A DNA stretch of 64,000 bases from contig JAUPSS010000009.1 of assembly GCA_040285825.1 (NCBI GenBank), positions 884,808 through 948,807 on the forward strand, in the 5' to 3' direction. The first letter of the stretch is position 1. The number at the start of each line of letters is the position of its first letter. A program made the translations under genes and the position numbers. Below, in pieces: positions 61,881-64,000 of the stretch. The stretch comes from Eukaryota sp. TZLM1-RC. Lineage: Eukaryota > Protista > Metamonada: BaSk clade. The notes under the pieces were generated by a model. The model was not told where the DNA came from. It made no database searches and was given only the letters and a program-made list of their open reading frames with translations.

Positions 61881-61881
61881 C

Positions 61882-64000
61882 TTTTTTTTTAAATTTAATT
61901 TATTCTAAACCTATAAATCAACATAAATCCATCTCTCCCAAAAACAAAAACACTAGATGCAACTCTCTATAGTGAGATCCAAGAGAAAGCAAAGCATCAG
62001 AAACCATCTCTCAACATCCCCTTTAAAAATAGAAAACACAATTCTATTTTTGCCAAAACAATCTGTTGAAATTTCTGCTGCTCTTCTTCTTTACAATCAT
62101 TTCAAAAATCATCCAAAAACGTAAAGCAGTTGGTGCAAGTGAACCTAAAAAGGAAAAATACAAATGGATACAAATTGTTTCTGTATGCTGTAGACTGGCC
62201 AATTTTGGACAGGGGTTCATTGTATTTTTGAATTAAAATTTTCAGCATTTGAAAGGGGATTATGAATTTCAGAATTAACAAGCCTTTCATTTGAGCATTA
62301 CAAGGATCAACAGACATTACATCCACAGTGAAGTCTCCATCTAACTCCAGGTAATATGACATCACCTCTATTATTCTTATGAAAATCATTTTCAGCATCA
62401 ACAGATTTTGACAAACAAAGGTTCCAAGAAGGATTCTAATTCTATGAGATTTACAGATACAATATAACTGGTCTCTACAGCATCATGAACCTTTGCTTTC
62501 TAAAAGTAATAAAATGTTTACAATTTAACAAATGAGTAGTTGTAATTTCTCGAGAACATTTACAAATTAAATTATGAGGTAAATTATCAGGCCAGATAAA
62601 GGAACGAAAATCATATTCAGAGTCCAAGCAGAATCGGATAAGAGAGTACCAAGAAACTTAGTGGACTCGTTGTTACTAAGGCAGAAGAAGTACTTGTCAG
62701 CTAATATATCTTGTAAAAAGATCGGCAAAAGCGATTCTCATGCCAAGCTGCTCCAAGATCAAAATCCGTAAACTTTCAAAAATCTTTGATCAATTTTGTT
62801 GAAGCTAGCAGCAAAACTGTAAACTCAAATAGAGATCGGCTTGGAAATTCTTGACTGATTGAGGAGTTACATTGGTCCAAATTCTAGGCGGTACTGTCAA
62901 GTTCACAAGATAATCCCATACAAATAGGGACTACTAAATTGGGGACTAATCTAGATGAGAATCATCAGGAAATCTACGAGAAAATTCATAACATAAAATT
63001 TTTGCCACCACCCAAGAATGCTGGATTGACAATGCACCGAAGATTTAGTAAAACCAATACCACCCTAAATTTTCTGTTGTAGAAAATAAATGGCTTTTCA
63101 TGACCTCTGGTCTCACATCCAATAAATCGTTAGCAAAAATTTGTCTCTACGAATTAAAAGAACGACAGGGCTTTTTCTTTCTTGGCCAAGCCAAGTCTAA
63201 CATCAAAATTCAAGCTTGCATCTTGACACTTTGTTGAAGCTTACAGCAAAATCCGTAAATTAAATAGAGATCGGTTTTGGACTTTTGAATTGATTGAGGA
63301 AAAACATTTCGTCCAAAATTGTGGCGGTAATCAAGTTCACAAGATAATCCCATGCCAAATAGGGACTACAATTGGGGACTAACTGATGAGAATCATCTGT
63401 GAAATCGACGAGAAAATTCTATAAATGTACCTGCCACCATTTCTCCAAGAATGCTGATTGACACAAATTGAAGATTTAGTAAACCAATACCCACCCAAAT
63501 TTCTGCTGGAAGAAAAATAAATGGCTTTTCAACATCTCCTGGTTCTACATCCAACAAATCAGCAATTCTGTTCTCAATGAATTGAATTGAACGACATCTA
63601 ATGCTATGGAAGGAGCACAAGATCTCAAAATGTGGGTTATTCTCCCAGGTAGCAAAATTTTAAGCTAATGAAAAATTTAATATGTTTCTTCTATGTCTAA
63701 AGAAGAAATTGAATCAAGTCTCACTTTTCATTTTCTCTGTAAATAACTCGCAATTCATTCTGTTCTGGAGGCAAATTTCCTAACCAACAACCAAGGAACT
63801 TAAAAGCACGTCACCTTACTATAATGAGTGTAAAGGGACAATAGAATCGTTTATCACGAGGGTCTGGAGAAGAGCCAATCAGAAGGCATTTGCTGGCATG
63901 AAGATCTCCACTATTTTCATATGAATCGGCAATTTCTTGAGCAAACCAGTTCTAGTAAATCAAATGAACCAATCAAGGTATCATCCATCTAAGCAACTAT
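61882..64000 (-). mobile_element. Family A copy running off the window, low sequence quality, with an internal repeat from ~63170
   Basis: Colinear with copy 1, with a rising error density. Confidence 0.8.

Noticed and set aside
27434-64000. Drosophila-style telomere made purely by end-addition of retrotransposons
   Set aside because: Many copies have TSDs and orientations are mixed, which shows internal insertion. No simple telomeric repeat is visible. A subtelomeric location is still possible.
42448-64000. Programmed frameshifting or true pseudogenisation of A, B and D copies
   Set aside because: Most breaks are 1-nt changes in homopolymer runs, differ between copies and increase toward the window end, as expected for long-read errors.

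Overview
AT-rich eukaryotic (protist-like) DNA in two parts. The first ~20.6 kb holds one clear housekeeping gene (fibrillarin/NOP1, with a 34-nt GT-AG intron), two tandem genes for secreted Cys-rich saposin-like peptides, and decayed mobile or accessory sequence: a MULE with TIRs and TSD, a Tc1/IS630-type transposase, a Ulp1-type protease, a Crinkler-like NTPase-REase, a 129-bp MITE and LINE scraps. From ~20.6 kb to the end the window is almost entirely a nested stack of non-LTR retrotransposons with RT and a C-terminal restriction-like endonuclease (CRE/Cnl1/MoTeR-like). At least seven families are present (my labels A, B, C, D, E, G, H). The stack starts in a 462-bp tandem repeat. Insertion order can be rebuilt from TSDs and goes six layers deep: G > poly(A) retrocopy X > D > B > A > a chromodomain Ty3/Gypsy element with identical 154-bp LTRs. 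Main points of interest: family H has an RNase H domain upstream of its zinc fingers and RT; families A and B share a covarying 5' stem that buries the start codon; every full-length retroposed unit starts with a T8-9/C-rich leader; X is a retrocopy whose 185-aa ORF is restored when the inner insertion is removed; the 462-bp repeat has hairpins and is hit repeatedly. Homopolymer indels increase toward the right end, so many frameshifts are probably long-read consensus errors. All family assignments come from motif recognition only; no database searches were run.
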